Below are positions 10,159-19,917 of a stretch of 64,000 nucleotides of DNA, piece after piece. This DNA is from an uncultured Spirochaetota bacterium (GTDB taxonomy: Bacteria; Spirochaetota; Spirochaetia; SZUA-6; Fen-1364), in assembly GCA_963781885.1 (NCBI GenBank), contig CAWAHW010000002.1, forward strand, positions 1,152,001 to 1,216,000, given 5' to 3'. The notes beneath the pieces were generated by a model. That model searched no databases and had not been told where the DNA came from. It was given only the letters and a program-made list of their open reading frames with translations. Position numbers and translations under genes: made by a program. Position 1 is the first letter of the stretch. The number at the start of each line of letters is the position of its first letter.

Positions 10159-10209
10159 TTGACTAATGTCGGAAGGCGCATATAGTTCTCTGGCGTGAAT
10201 TAATATGCG
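10159..10209 (+). promoter_or_regulatory. Sigma70 promoter with an ARG-box-like site
   Basis: TTGACT-N16-TATAGT (10159-10186); TGAATTAATATGCG at 10196-10209. Confidence 0.5.
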
Positions 10210-10232
10210 CGGCGGGGAGAAGGTCCGGGAGC

Positions 10233-11018
10233 ATGGCGGAAGAACGATACCTTCTGGAAATCGACGGTCTCACAAAGGACTTCCGGGGGCTTCGCGCCAT
10301 CGAGGACCATACCTTGCGCGTCACCGCCGAGCAGATCCTTGGCGTCATCGGTCCCAACGGAGCCGGCAAGACCACGCTGTTCAATCTCATTACAGGCCTG
10401 TTCCCCCCCACGCGCGGCAGCATCAGGTTTCTTGGTGAGGACCTCGCGCGCCTGCGCCCGGATGCTATTGCGCGGCGGGGCATCGCCCGCACCTTCCAGA
10501 ATATTCGCCTTTTCAGCGCCATGTCCGTCCTCGATAATGTTCGGGCGGCTCAGCAGCTGCATACGCCGCGCAACCCCTTCAGCGTCCTTCTGAGCGCACC
10601 GCCCTTTCTCCGCCGCGAGCGGGAGCTTGCCGACTCTTCGCGCGAGCTCCTGCGCATTTTCGGGCTGGAGCGCTATGAGGAGCGCCCGGCGGGAAGCCTT
10701 CCCTACGGAGACCAGCGGCGGCTGGAGATCGCGCGCGCCCTGGCGACGCGCCCCCGGCTTCTCCTGCTGGACGAGCCAACCGTGGGGATGAACCCGCGCG
10801 AGAGCCAGGACCTCCTGGAGCTGATCATGCGGGTGCGGGAAATGTACCGCCTCTCCATCATGCTCGTTGCTCACGACCTGCGCCTCGTCATGGGGCTGTG
10901 CCACAACATCCAGGTGCTTACCAATGGCAGGTTGATTGCCGAGGGTTCACCCGCGGTCATTCGCAACAATCCGGCGGTGATCGAAGCTTATCTGGGGAAG
11001 GCGCGCGACGGTGCTTGA
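10233..11018 (+). CDS. livG: HAAT (Liv-type) ABC transporter ATP-binding protein
   Basis: 'GPNGAGKTT', 'RTFQNIRLF', 'LPYGDQRRLEIARAL', 'VIEAYLG'. Confidence 0.88.
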   Translation: MAEERYLLEIDGLTKDFRGLRAIEDHTLRVTAEQILGVIGPNGAGKTTLFNLITGLFPPTRGSIRFLGEDLARLRPDAIARRGIARTFQNIRLFSAMSVLDNVRAAQQLHTPRNPFSVLLSAPPFLRRERELADSSRELLRIFGLERYEERPAGSLPYGDQRRLEIARALATRPRLLLLDEPTVGMNPRESQDLLELIMRVREMYRLSIMLVAHDLRLVMGLCHNIQVLTNGRLIAEGSPAVIRNNPAVIEAYLGKARDGA

Positions 11019-11715
11019 GCTGGAGAACGTTTCAGTATCGTATGGAAGCATTCGCGCGCTGAGAGGTGTCAGCCTCACCGTCCGCGAAGGGGAGCTCGTG
11101 ACGCTCATCGGGTCCAATGGAGCAGGCAAGTCGACCTGCCTCCTGGCCATCTCCGGCGTCCTTCACCCGCAGCAGGGCCGCATCATGTACCAGGGACGCG
11201 ACATCACGCGCCTGTCCCCGTTCGAAGTGGTGAGGCGGGGCATCTCCCAGTCCCCGGAAGGTCGGCACGTCTTTGCCCGCCTCAGCGTGGCGGAAAACCT
11301 CATGCTCGGCGCCGGGCAGCGCAAGGACAGGGCAGGGATAGACAAGGACCGCGCGTGGGTGTACGAGCTGTTCCCCGTCCTCCGCGAGCGACTGAGCCAG
11401 GCGGCGGGCACGCTGAGCGGAGGCGAGCAGCAGATGCTCGCCATGGGGCGCGCGCTGATGAGCCGGCCGAAGCTCCTGCTCCTCGACGAGCCATCGCTGG
11501 GCCTTGCGCCCCTCCTGGTGGAGACGATTTTCGACGTCACGCGCAAGGTGCGCGCGGAGGGCGGGACGATCCTGCTGGTGGAACAGAACGCGCGGCAGGC
11601 CCTCGACGTCGCCGACAGGGGATACGTGCTTGAGACGGGACAGATCATACTCGAAGGCGACGCCAGATCGTTGAAGAACGACGCGGGCGTCGAGAAAGCA
11701 TACCTGGGAGGGTAG
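11011..11715 (+). CDS. livF: HAAT (Liv-type) ABC transporter ATP-binding protein
   Basis: 'GSNGAGKST', 'LSGGEQQMLAMGRALM', 'DEPSLGLAP'. Confidence 0.88.
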   Translation: MLELENVSVSYGSIRALRGVSLTVREGELVTLIGSNGAGKSTCLLAISGVLHPQQGRIMYQGRDITRLSPFEVVRRGISQSPEGRHVFARLSVAENLMLGAGQRKDRAGIDKDRAWVYELFPVLRERLSQAAGTLSGGEQQMLAMGRALMSRPKLLLLDEPSLGLAPLLVETIFDVTRKVRAEGGTILLVEQNARQALDVADRGYVLETGQIILEGDARSLKNDAGVEKAYLGG

Positions 11716-11719
11716 GGCG

Positions 11720-12622
11720 ATGCCGGTTCTCCAATACCTGGCGCAGCAGACGATCAATGCCCTCAGCCTGGGCAGCATCTATGCCCTGGTGGCGATCGGG
11801 CTCGCCATGGTCTTCGGCATCCTGCGTCTCATCAATTTCGCCCACGGCGACCTGATGATGGTTGCCTGCTACGCGGCGTTCTTTCTCGTGTCCACCGGCA
11901 TCAGCTTCGCGCCGCTCATCGTCATCACCCTTTTCGCCGCCGCCCTTCTGGGCATGCTCACCGAGCGCGTGGCCTATCGCCCCGTCCGCGGAGCCCCCGA
12001 TGTGGTCATGCTCCTCACGTCCCTCGCGGTCTCCATTTTCATCGAGAACGTTTTCATCATGGTGGTCTCCCCCGTGCCCCGCAGCTTCCGCGCGGTCACC
12101 CCGGCTTTCCTGGACACGGTGCACGCGTGGGCGGGGATGAGCATATCGAACATCAATATCCTCACCGTCGGGGTCACCATCGTGCTGTTCGTCCTCCTCC
12201 TCCTTTTCGTCACGCGCACGCGCGTCGGGGTGGCGATGCGCGCCGTGTCGGAGGACCTCCTGGGCGCCAAGCTCGTGGGCATCAATCTCAACCGCGTCAT
12301 CCTCGCCGCCTTCGCGGTGGGTTCCGCCATGGCCGGCGTGGCGGGGATCCTTTGGGCGGCGCGGTTGGGAAAGATCGATCCCCTCATGGGGTTCATCCCC
12401 CTGCTGAAGGCGTTCGTGGCCGCGGTCATCGGCGGATTCGGCAGTCTTGCCGGCGCCGTGCTCGGCGCGTACGTGCTGGGTTTCGCTGAGATCTTCCTTA
12501 TTGGATTCCTTCCGCCCCAGCTCTCCAGCTATCGCGACGCGTTCGTTTTCCTCCTCCTCATTCTCGTGCTCCTTGTGCGGCCCAACGGGATCCTTGGCTC
12601 CACCGAGAGGGAGAAGGTGTGA
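11720..12622 (+). CDS. livH: HAAT ABC transporter permease
   Basis: 'GSIYALVAIGL...INFAHG', 'KAFVAAVIGGFG'. Confidence 0.88.
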   Translation: MPVLQYLAQQTINALSLGSIYALVAIGLAMVFGILRLINFAHGDLMMVACYAAFFLVSTGISFAPLIVITLFAAALLGMLTERVAYRPVRGAPDVVMLLTSLAVSIFIENVFIMVVSPVPRSFRAVTPAFLDTVHAWAGMSISNINILTVGVTIVLFVLLLLFVTRTRVGVAMRAVSEDLLGAKLVGINLNRVILAAFAVGSAMAGVAGILWAARLGKIDPLMGFIPLLKAFVAAVIGGFGSLAGAVLGAYVLGFAEIFLIGFLPPQLSSYRDAFVFLLLILVLLVRPNGILGSTEREKV

Positions 12623-13713
12623 TGGCGGAGCCCTCTTCTTCCCTCCCGCTCCGTCTCCTCCCCGCGCTCGTCATGCTGGCGGTGCTCGCGATCTTCGTCC
12701 TGCTCGTCAATGCTTTCGCCAGCGCCTACATCGCGCGCATCGTCGTCCTTCTGGGCATCAGCATCATCCTCGTGGTCAGTCTCAACCTTTCCAACGGGTT
12801 CACCGGTGTCTTCTCCCTCGGGCACGTTGGCTTCATGGCCATCGGCGCCTATGTCTCTTCCATTCTCACCCTCACGCTCGAGACGAAAGCCCAGAATCTC
12901 CCGGACCTGCCGGCGTGGATCGCGCACGTCCAGATGGGATTCCTGCCCGCGATGCTGCTGGGCGGTCTCATCGCGGGCGTCATTGCATTCCTCATTGGCA
13001 TCCCCCTCATGCGTCTCAGCGGCCACTACGTGAGCGTGGCCACCCTGGGGTTCCTGGTGATCGTGCATATCGTGCTTGTCAACTGGACGCAGTTCACGCG
13101 GGGCGCGCGCACCTTCTCCGGGGTGCCCGCCTATACGACTATCTGGTGGGTCTACGGATGGCTTGCCATCACCGTCTACCTCGTGTGGCGCGTCGTCCAT
13201 TCCCCCTACGGCCGCGCCATGCTCGCCGTGCGGGAGAATGAAATCGCCGCCCAGGCCATCGGCGTCAACATCCTGCGCTCCCGCATCCTCGCCTTCGTTC
13301 TGAGCGGCTTCCTCACGGGGATCGCCGGCGCCCTCTGGGCGCACAAGGTGACATCATTCTCTCCCGCGTCGTTCTATTTCACGCAGACCTTCAACATCAT
13401 CATCATGCTCGTCGTCGGAGGCATGGGAAGCATCAGCGGCTCAGTCTTGGGGACCGTGCTTGTAACGGCACTCTCCGAGCTTCTGCGCAATGCCGAGCTG
13501 GGAATCCGCGTCGGTCCGGTCCAGATTCCCCCCCTGTACGGGCTGTCGCAGATCGTCCTCGCCGTGGCGTTTGTTCTGGTGGTCGTCTTGAGCCGCAAGG
13601 GACTGATGGGGGACCGGGAGATCGACTGGCGGCAACTTGCAAGGTTCCGGGCCAGGGGGCCGGAAGAAGGGAGGAGCGAGGGGCAGAACGGGCCCGACCA
13701 GCCATCCGAGTGA
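12622..13713 (+). CDS. livM: HAAT ABC transporter permease
   Basis: 'GFTGVFSLGHVGFMAIGAY', 'SPYGRAMLAVRENE'. Confidence 0.88.
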   Translation: MAEPSSSLPLRLLPALVMLAVLAIFVLLVNAFASAYIARIVVLLGISIILVVSLNLSNGFTGVFSLGHVGFMAIGAYVSSILTLTLETKAQNLPDLPAWIAHVQMGFLPAMLLGGLIAGVIAFLIGIPLMRLSGHYVSVATLGFLVIVHIVLVNWTQFTRGARTFSGVPAYTTIWWVYGWLAITVYLVWRVVHSPYGRAMLAVRENEIAAQAIGVNILRSRILAFVLSGFLTGIAGALWAHKVTSFSPASFYFTQTFNIIIMLVVGGMGSISGSVLGTVLVTALSELLRNAELGIRVGPVQIPPLYGLSQIVLAVAFVLVVVLSRKGLMGDREIDWRQLARFRARGPEEGRSEGQNGPDQPSE

Positions 13714-13749
13714 AGGATCACAAAGCGCAGAAGGAGGAATCATTCGACC

Positions 13750-14922
13750 ATGAAGAGACACGTGATGCTCTCGTTGGTTCTCATCACAACCCTTATAGCC
13801 GGATCCGCGGCGCTCTCCGCCGCCGATCCCATCAAGATCGGCGGGACGTACAACTTGACCGGGGATATGGCATCGCTTGACGTGCCCGCGGCCAACGGCT
13901 CCAAGCTCGCCGTGAAGGAGATCAATGCGGCCGGCGGCGTGCTCGGCATGCAGATCCAGTTCGTCCTGTACGACGGCAAGACCGATTCGGCCACGAACGG
14001 AAACATCGCCACCCAGCTGGTGAGCTCGGACAAGGTCGTGGCGATCGTCGGCAATACCGACTCCGACTCGGCCCTGGCAATCGGTCCCATCGCGCAGAAG
14101 GCCGGCATCCCCTACCTCACCGCCGGCGCCACGTCGCCGCAGCTTCCCAGCCAGGTCGGCGACGAGATGTTCCTCGAGCCGTTCGGCGACAATGTCCAGG
14201 CGGCCGCCGGCGCCGAGTTCGCCGTCACCACGCTGAAGGGAAAGACCGCGTGGCTGTTCTGGGACAAGGGAGCCGAATACACCACGCTCCTGGCCAAGTA
14301 TTTCAAGACGCGGTATACGGAGCTGGGCGGCAAGATCGCCCTCGAGGACACCTACACCCAGGGAGACACGGACTTTTCCGCGCAGATCACACGGCTCAGA
14401 GCATTGAAGCCGCAGCCGGACATCCTCTACGTCGCGGCCCTCCAGGCGTCGGACGCCGGGGCAATTGCCAAGCAGATCCGCGATGCCGGCATCACGCTGC
14501 CGATGATCGGCGGAGACGGCTACGACGGCCCCGAGCTGGTGGGCGTCGGCGGCAAGGGTGCCGAGAACGTCTACTTCTCCACGCACTCCCTCATGGACGC
14601 GAAGAACGGCAACGCGAAGATGAAGTCGTTCATCGCGGCGTACAACAAGGAGTACGGCCACGATCCCGAGAGCGCCTTTGCCGCGCTGGGATATGATGCG
14701 GTGTACCTCATGGCGGACGCCATCAAGAGGGCCGGCACCGTGAGCTCCAAGGCCATCCGCGATGCCCTGGCCGTGACAAAGGGATTCGTCGGCGTGACCG
14801 GCTCGGTCACGTATCAGCCGGGGCAGCGCATTCCCCAGAAGACCGTCACGATCGTTGCGATCAAGAACGGCGTGTACACGCTGGGCGCTCTGGTGGTTCC
14901 GCAGAAAGTTCCCGCCCCCTGA
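13750..14922 (+). CDS. HAAT ABC transporter substrate-binding protein
   Basis: Signal peptide; 'IKIG...LTG', 'INAAGGVLG', 'DFSAQI', 'ALGYDA'. Confidence 0.9.
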   Translation: MKRHVMLSLVLITTLIAGSAALSAADPIKIGGTYNLTGDMASLDVPAANGSKLAVKEINAAGGVLGMQIQFVLYDGKTDSATNGNIATQLVSSDKVVAIVGNTDSDSALAIGPIAQKAGIPYLTAGATSPQLPSQVGDEMFLEPFGDNVQAAAGAEFAVTTLKGKTAWLFWDKGAEYTTLLAKYFKTRYTELGGKIALEDTYTQGDTDFSAQITRLRALKPQPDILYVAALQASDAGAIAKQIRDAGITLPMIGGDGYDGPELVGVGGKGAENVYFSTHSLMDAKNGNAKMKSFIAAYNKEYGHDPESAFAALGYDAVYLMADAIKRAGTVSSKAIRDALAVTKGFVGVTGSVTYQPGQRIPQKTVTIVAIKNGVYTLGALVVPQKVPAP

Positions 14923-14945
14923 GGCTGATGGAACGCAATCTGGAG

Positions 14946-14979
14946 CCGTCGCGCGGGGTGAGCCCGCGCGACGGCGTTT
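14946..14979 (+). promoter_or_regulatory. Strong intercistronic hairpin or weak terminator
   Basis: GCCGTCGCGCGGG pairs with CCCGCGCGACGGC, followed by GTTT. Confidence 0.6.
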
Positions 14980-15000
14980 CATGAATGAAAGAGGTGTACG

Positions 15001-15765
15001 ATGGACACGCACGGCTTGACCCTCTCCCAGGTTTACGAGTTTCTCCATTCGCGGACGTTCGTCGATCTCACGCACGCCTTCGCGCCGGGCATCCCGCACT
15101 GGCCGGGCTTTCCCAATGAGAAGCGGGAGGCCTTGTACTGGTACGACGAAGGCGTGGGCACCGCCGGCGCGGGCATTTACGTCCATCTCTACTCTCACGT
15201 CGGGCAATGGGGGACGCACGCGGACCCCCCGGCTCATTTCATCAAGGGGCTGCGCACGCTCGATCAGATCGACTGCAAGGAGATGATCCTGCCCCTCGTC
15301 GTGCTGGACATCCACGCCAAGGCGGCGGCAAACCCGGACTATGTCGTCGGCATGGACGACGTCGCAGGCTGGGAAGCGAGGCACGGCCGCGTCCCCGCGG
15401 GTTGCTTCGTCGCGCTCCGCACCGACTGGTCCCACAAGTGGCCCGACGACGCGGCCATGCAGAACAAGGACAAGGCCGGCAATGCACACTTCCCCGGCTG
15501 GAGCGCACCCGTGCTGAAATGCCTCTTCGAGGAGCGCAAGATAGCGGCTGCCGGCCATGAGACGACCGACACCAACTGCGGGACGGACTGCAGCAAGGGC
15601 GACTATTCGCTGGAGACCTATATCCTGAGCACGGATCACTATCAGATCGAGCTCTTGGCCAACCTGGACAAAGTGCCGGAAGCCGGCGCGCTGGTGGTTG
15701 CAAGCTTCCCGAAGCCCAAGAATGGGTCCGGCTTTCCCGCGCGGGTATTTGCCATTCTCCCCTGA
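15001..15765 (+). CDS. Cyclase-family (kynurenine formamidase-like) metal-dependent hydrolase
   Basis: 'VDLTH', 'QWGTHADPPAH', 'HFPG', 'QIELLANLDKVP', 'GSGFPARV'. Confidence 0.88.
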   Translation: MDTHGLTLSQVYEFLHSRTFVDLTHAFAPGIPHWPGFPNEKREALYWYDEGVGTAGAGIYVHLYSHVGQWGTHADPPAHFIKGLRTLDQIDCKEMILPLVVLDIHAKAAANPDYVVGMDDVAGWEARHGRVPAGCFVALRTDWSHKWPDDAAMQNKDKAGNAHFPGWSAPVLKCLFEERKIAAAGHETTDTNCGTDCSKGDYSLETYILSTDHYQIELLANLDKVPEAGALVVASFPKPKNGSGFPARVFAILP

Positions 15766-15973
15766 GGCGGACCGCGGGCCCCAGACGCTGACGAGTTCAG
15801 GACCGGCCTCGAGCGCGCCGGGCCCGGGAGTCCAAAGGAATCATTCGCAACAACAGCCTGCCCGGCATTGCGCCCTGCCGAGTTTCAAACTCCCCATGAC
15901 TTTATCGTGACTTTCGGCACTATTGCGACGCTTTGTTTGCTCATACATTTTCCCCGAACAAAGGGGGGAAAAC

Positions 15974-16660
15974 ATGCCGCTGATAAGCGTCAGGAATGTG
16001 GAGAAACACTACCGTCTGGGGAGGGCGGACGCGCCGGCGTTGATCGATATCAGCCTGGACATCGCGGCGGGGGAAAGGGTCTGCCTCATGGGACCCTCGG
16101 GAAGCGGGAAGTCGACCCTTCTCAACCTGATCGGATGCATCGATGCGCCGACCGCCGGAACCGTGATCGTTGACGGCGAAGATACCGGGATGCTCGGCGA
16201 TGCGCGGCTCTCCGATTTCAGGAACACGCGCATGGGTTTCATTTTCCAGAGCTTCAACCTGATACCCGTCCTTTCCGTCTATGAGAATGTCGAGTATCCG
16301 CTCCTGCTGCAGAAGGTCTCCGCGCGCGACAGGCGCGCCCGGGTGGAAGAGCTTCTGCGCAAAGTCGGCATTGCAGAGTACGCCCGACGGAGGCCGGAGA
16401 ATCTTTCCGGGGGCCAGAGGCAGCGTGTATCGATCGCCCGCGCGCTCGTGGTCAGGCCGCGCCTGGTGATCGCGGACGAACCGACCGCGTCGCTCGATCA
16501 TGCCACGGGCAGCTCGATCATGCAGCTCATGGTGGAAATGAACGAGAGCGAAGGCGCCACCCTGATCTTCTCCACGCATGACGCCGCGGTCTCGCGCTAT
16601 GCAAAGAGGATCGTGCGCATGCTCGACGGCCGCGTTGCCGACGACAGGAGCGCGGCATGA
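15974..16660 (+). CDS. LolD/MacB-type ABC transporter ATP-binding protein
   Basis: 'GPSGSGKST', 'GFIFQSFNL', 'LSGGQRQRV', 'ADEPTASLD'. Confidence 0.9.
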   Translation: MPLISVRNVEKHYRLGRADAPALIDISLDIAAGERVCLMGPSGSGKSTLLNLIGCIDAPTAGTVIVDGEDTGMLGDARLSDFRNTRMGFIFQSFNLIPVLSVYENVEYPLLLQKVSARDRRARVEELLRKVGIAEYARRRPENLSGGQRQRVSIARALVVRPRLVIADEPTASLDHATGSSIMQLMVEMNESEGATLIFSTHDAAVSRYAKRIVRMLDGRVADDRSAA

Positions 16661-17886
16661 GGACATTCGTCATGGCATGGCGGAACCTCTTCCGCCAGAA
16701 GCGACGGACGCTCATCGCCCTGTCCGCGCTGATCGTCGGCCTGTGCGGCGTCGTTGTCTTCCAGGGGTACATCACGTCGATGATGGGAAGGCTTCGTGAT
16801 TCGACCATACGGGGCGGCCTCGGTCATCTGCAGATTGCGCGTTCCCCCGGCTATTTCGCCGATGGAGAGTTCAATCCCTACGCCTACGCACTCGCGGATT
16901 CCGACACGCTCCTTGCCGGTCTTGCACGCCAGCCTGAAGTCCTGGCGGCGTTCCCCTCGACGGGTTTCACCTCCCTGGCCGGCATGGGTGAGAAATCCGT
17001 CACCCTCCTCGTGAAGGCGTACCCGGTGGAGCGGATGTTCTTCGCCCCCGCGCAGGGGCGCGTGCTTCCTCCCGCCGACAGGTTCGAGCTGGGAACGCTG
17101 CTCGCCGGCGCGGCGCCGGCCCCGGGAGACCAGGATCGCATTGTCCTGGGAGAAACGGCCGCGCGCATCCTCGACGCGCACCCGGGCTCCATCATCACCC
17201 TGATGGCGGTCCTTCCCGACGGCGCTCTCAACGGCAGAGACTTCACCGTGGAAGCCATCTACCGCAACCCGGGACGCGACAAGATCTTCGCGTTTACCGA
17301 CTACGCCACCGCGGTCGACTTCACCTCCATGAAAGGGGCTGCGGTCATCCACGTCCTGGCACGAGACGCCGGGGCGGTCAACCGGATCGCAGCGAGCCTC
17401 CCGCCCGGCCTCGCGGTGCGAACCTGGCACGACCTGGCAACCTACTTCGTGCAGGCGAACTCCATGTTCAGCGGCTTCCTCACCGTCATCCGGGCGATCA
17501 TCCTCCTGATCACGCTGTTCATCATGGCGAACACGATGAACAGGATCGTCCGGGAGCGCATGCGGGAGTGGGGAACTCTCCGCGCCATGGGCATGAAAAA
17601 GAAAAACATCCTCCAGCTTGTCGTCCTGGAGGGATGCCTGCAGGGGGTCGCGGGCGCGGCGTTGGGAATACTCCTGGGTCTTGCGATTTCAGAGCTCCTC
17701 AACCTGCGGGGAGGGGTATCCGTACCGTTCGCGGGAGTTGCAGGGGTGACGGTGAAAATCGCTTTGGGAGGTACCGCCATCTGGTGGAATCTCATTCCGG
17801 CCGGGCTTTGCGCAGGGGCCGCATCGCTGCTGCCGGGCTTTCGGGCCGTGCGGTTGACGCCGTCCGAATGCCTGCGGCAGACATGA
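16657..17886 (+). CDS. FtsX/LolE-like ABC permease
   Basis: 'MAWRNL.R..RRT'; large periplasmic domain; 'ERMREWGTLRAMG'. Confidence 0.88.
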   Translation: MRTFVMAWRNLFRQKRRTLIALSALIVGLCGVVVFQGYITSMMGRLRDSTIRGGLGHLQIARSPGYFADGEFNPYAYALADSDTLLAGLARQPEVLAAFPSTGFTSLAGMGEKSVTLLVKAYPVERMFFAPAQGRVLPPADRFELGTLLAGAAPAPGDQDRIVLGETAARILDAHPGSIITLMAVLPDGALNGRDFTVEAIYRNPGRDKIFAFTDYATAVDFTSMKGAAVIHVLARDAGAVNRIAASLPPGLAVRTWHDLATYFVQANSMFSGFLTVIRAIILLITLFIMANTMNRIVRERMREWGTLRAMGMKKKNILQLVVLEGCLQGVAGAALGILLGLAISELLNLRGGVSVPFAGVAGVTVKIALGGTAIWWNLIPAGLCAGAASLLPGFRAVRLTPSECLRQT

Positions 17887-17896
17887 AAGGGCAGTC

Positions 17897-19138
17897 ATGG
17901 CACATCAGGGAAAGACGATTCAAATGGCGGCGAGGAATCTTCTTCGCGGCGGCGGGCGGACGCTCTCCACGCTGCTCGCCATCACGGTCGGCCTCGTCGG
18001 GCTCATTCTTCTTGACGGCTACATCACCTATTCAATGCGCGGCCTGCGGGAAAACGTGATCCATTCCGGCACCGGCCACCTCCAGGTCGTGAAATCGCCT
18101 GCCTTCTTCGATGAAGGCGACACGGACCCGTTCCCCTTCATGCTGGATGATGCACCGGGCGTCACGCGGGAGCTCCGCGCGATGCCGGAGGTGCGCGACG
18201 TCGTCGCCGGTCTTTCCTTCACGGCGGTTGCGAGCGCCAACGGGAAGACAGCGACGGTCATGGTGACGGCATTGCCGGTCGACCAGGCGCGCGCGGATCT
18301 GAGCGACCGTGGCATCGATCGGGGAAATGATCTTGTCCCGGGACAGTTGGGAAGAATCCTCGTGGGAAGGGGAGTGGCGCGCATGCTCGGCGTTGCGCCC
18401 GGCGGCTCGCTTTCGCTCTTTGCCCTTGGCAAGGGCGGGGGCCTGAGCACGCAAAGCTATGCGGTTGCGGGAACCACGGCGACGATCATTGCCGCCCTGG
18501 ACAATGCATCGGTCTTCATGGATCTCCCCGATGCGCAGTTGCTGATCGGCAGCACGGACGTCCCGCAGCTCATCGTGTTCCTGAAGAACACCGCCGACAC
18601 GACGCGCGTGGCAAAAGCCCTGCGCGCCGCGGCTCCGCCATCGGCGCTGGCGGGTCTCACCGTCCGGACCTGGGATGAGCTTTCCCCCTACTATCGGCAG
18701 GCCAACTCCGCCTACCAGCTCGTCCTGGCGGTAGCGCGTCTCATCGTCCTGATCGTCGCGCTGTTCTCCATCTCCGGCACGCTGTCATTCGCCGTCCTGG
18801 AGCGACTTCGCGAGATGGGCACGCTGCGAGCCTTCGGGACCCGGCGCCCGCGAGTCCTTTCGATGCTTCTGGTCGAGGGCCTGATCCTGGGCATCGTCGG
18901 ATCTCTCGTCGGGTGCCTCGCGGGCGGCGCGGTATCGGGCCTCATCAACGCGCTGGGGGGAATCACCATGCCGCCGCAGCCGGGAACCTCGTCCGCCATA
19001 CGCATCCTTTTCACCCCGGGGATGCCCACGCTTTTCACGAACGCCGCCTGGGTGCTTGCCGCCTCGTTGGTGGGAGCCCTCGTCCCCGGGATCCTCGCAT
19101 CCCGCAGAAAAATCGCGGACCTGCTCCGCGCTCAATAG
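17897..19138 (+). CDS. FtsX/LolE-like ABC permease
   Basis: 'MAARNL', 'GHLQV', 'ERLREMGTLRAFG'. Confidence 0.88.
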   Translation: MAHQGKTIQMAARNLLRGGGRTLSTLLAITVGLVGLILLDGYITYSMRGLRENVIHSGTGHLQVVKSPAFFDEGDTDPFPFMLDDAPGVTRELRAMPEVRDVVAGLSFTAVASANGKTATVMVTALPVDQARADLSDRGIDRGNDLVPGQLGRILVGRGVARMLGVAPGGSLSLFALGKGGGLSTQSYAVAGTTATIIAALDNASVFMDLPDAQLLIGSTDVPQLIVFLKNTADTTRVAKALRAAAPPSALAGLTVRTWDELSPYYRQANSAYQLVLAVARLIVLIVALFSISGTLSFAVLERLREMGTLRAFGTRRPRVLSMLLVEGLILGIVGSLVGCLAGGAVSGLINALGGITMPPQPGTSSAIRILFTPGMPTLFTNAAWVLAASLVGALVPGILASRRKIADLLRAQ

Positions 19139-19149
19139 GAGCATTCACC

Positions 19150-19917
19150 ATGAAAACGATGCGTGTCTTTTGGTTGTGTGTTGCCGTGGCCTTGCTCGGC
19201 GCCGTGGCGGGGCTGTATGCCGAGTCCCCCGAGGAGCTGCTCGCAAGGGTCGACGCGCGAAGGTATGTTCCCGATTTGAGCTTTGTCATGCAGATGACCT
19301 CTTTCGACGGGGACGCGCAGGTGGACGCGAACACCCTGTGGGGTTTCATCAAGGGAGCAGGCGCGCAGAACAGGAGCCTGCTTGCATTCGCGGCTCCCGC
19401 CTCCGTGAAGGGCCGCAAGGCGCTCATGGACGGAAATATCGTCTATCTCTTGTTCCCCAAGACGACGAATCCCATCCGGCTGTCCCCGCTGCAGGTCCTC
19501 ATGGGGCAGGCATCCAATGGCGACGTCGTGCGCACGGGCTTTTCCCAGGACTATGACGTGTCCTCCCTGACGGAGACGGACCGCGACGGCGTGCCCTGCT
19601 ACCTGTTCACCCTGGTGGTCAAGCAGAGTCGCAAGGACGCCTCCTACAACAAGGTCACCCTCTGGGTCCAGAAGGAGAGCCTGCGGCCCATCTACGCGGA
19701 GTTCTACGCGGGCGACAAGCCATTCAAGCAGGCGATGTACGGAGACTACCGGTCCGCGCTGGGCAAGGATATTCCCTTTTCAATCGACGTCCGCGACGCG
19801 GAGAACCCCCGCAAGCACACGGTCATGGCATACGTCAAGGTCGGGCAGAAATCGGTTCCCGATACCGTCTTCCGCCGGGACTACCTTCCGCTGTGGACGC
19901 CGGAGGAGCCTCGATGA
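19150..19917 (+). CDS. Outer-membrane lipoprotein-sorting protein (LolA-like)
   Basis: Signal peptide; 'PIRLSPLQVLMGQASNGDV' is typical of LolA-like proteins in such operons. Confidence 0.8.
   Translation: MKTMRVFWLCVAVALLGAVAGLYAESPEELLARVDARRYVPDLSFVMQMTSFDGDAQVDANTLWGFIKGAGAQNRSLLAFAAPASVKGRKALMDGNIVYLLFPKTTNPIRLSPLQVLMGQASNGDVVRTGFSQDYDVSSLTETDRDGVPCYLFTLVVKQSRKDASYNKVTLWVQKESLRPIYAEFYAGDKPFKQAMYGDYRSALGKDIPFSIDVRDAENPRKHTVMAYVKVGQKSVPDTVFRRDYLPLWTPEEPR

Noticed and set aside
13441-15639. 732-aa minus-strand ORF (likewise 34593-36596, 41611-44814 and 57793-59241)
   Set aside because: Antisense shadows of real high-GC genes, with no domain motifs
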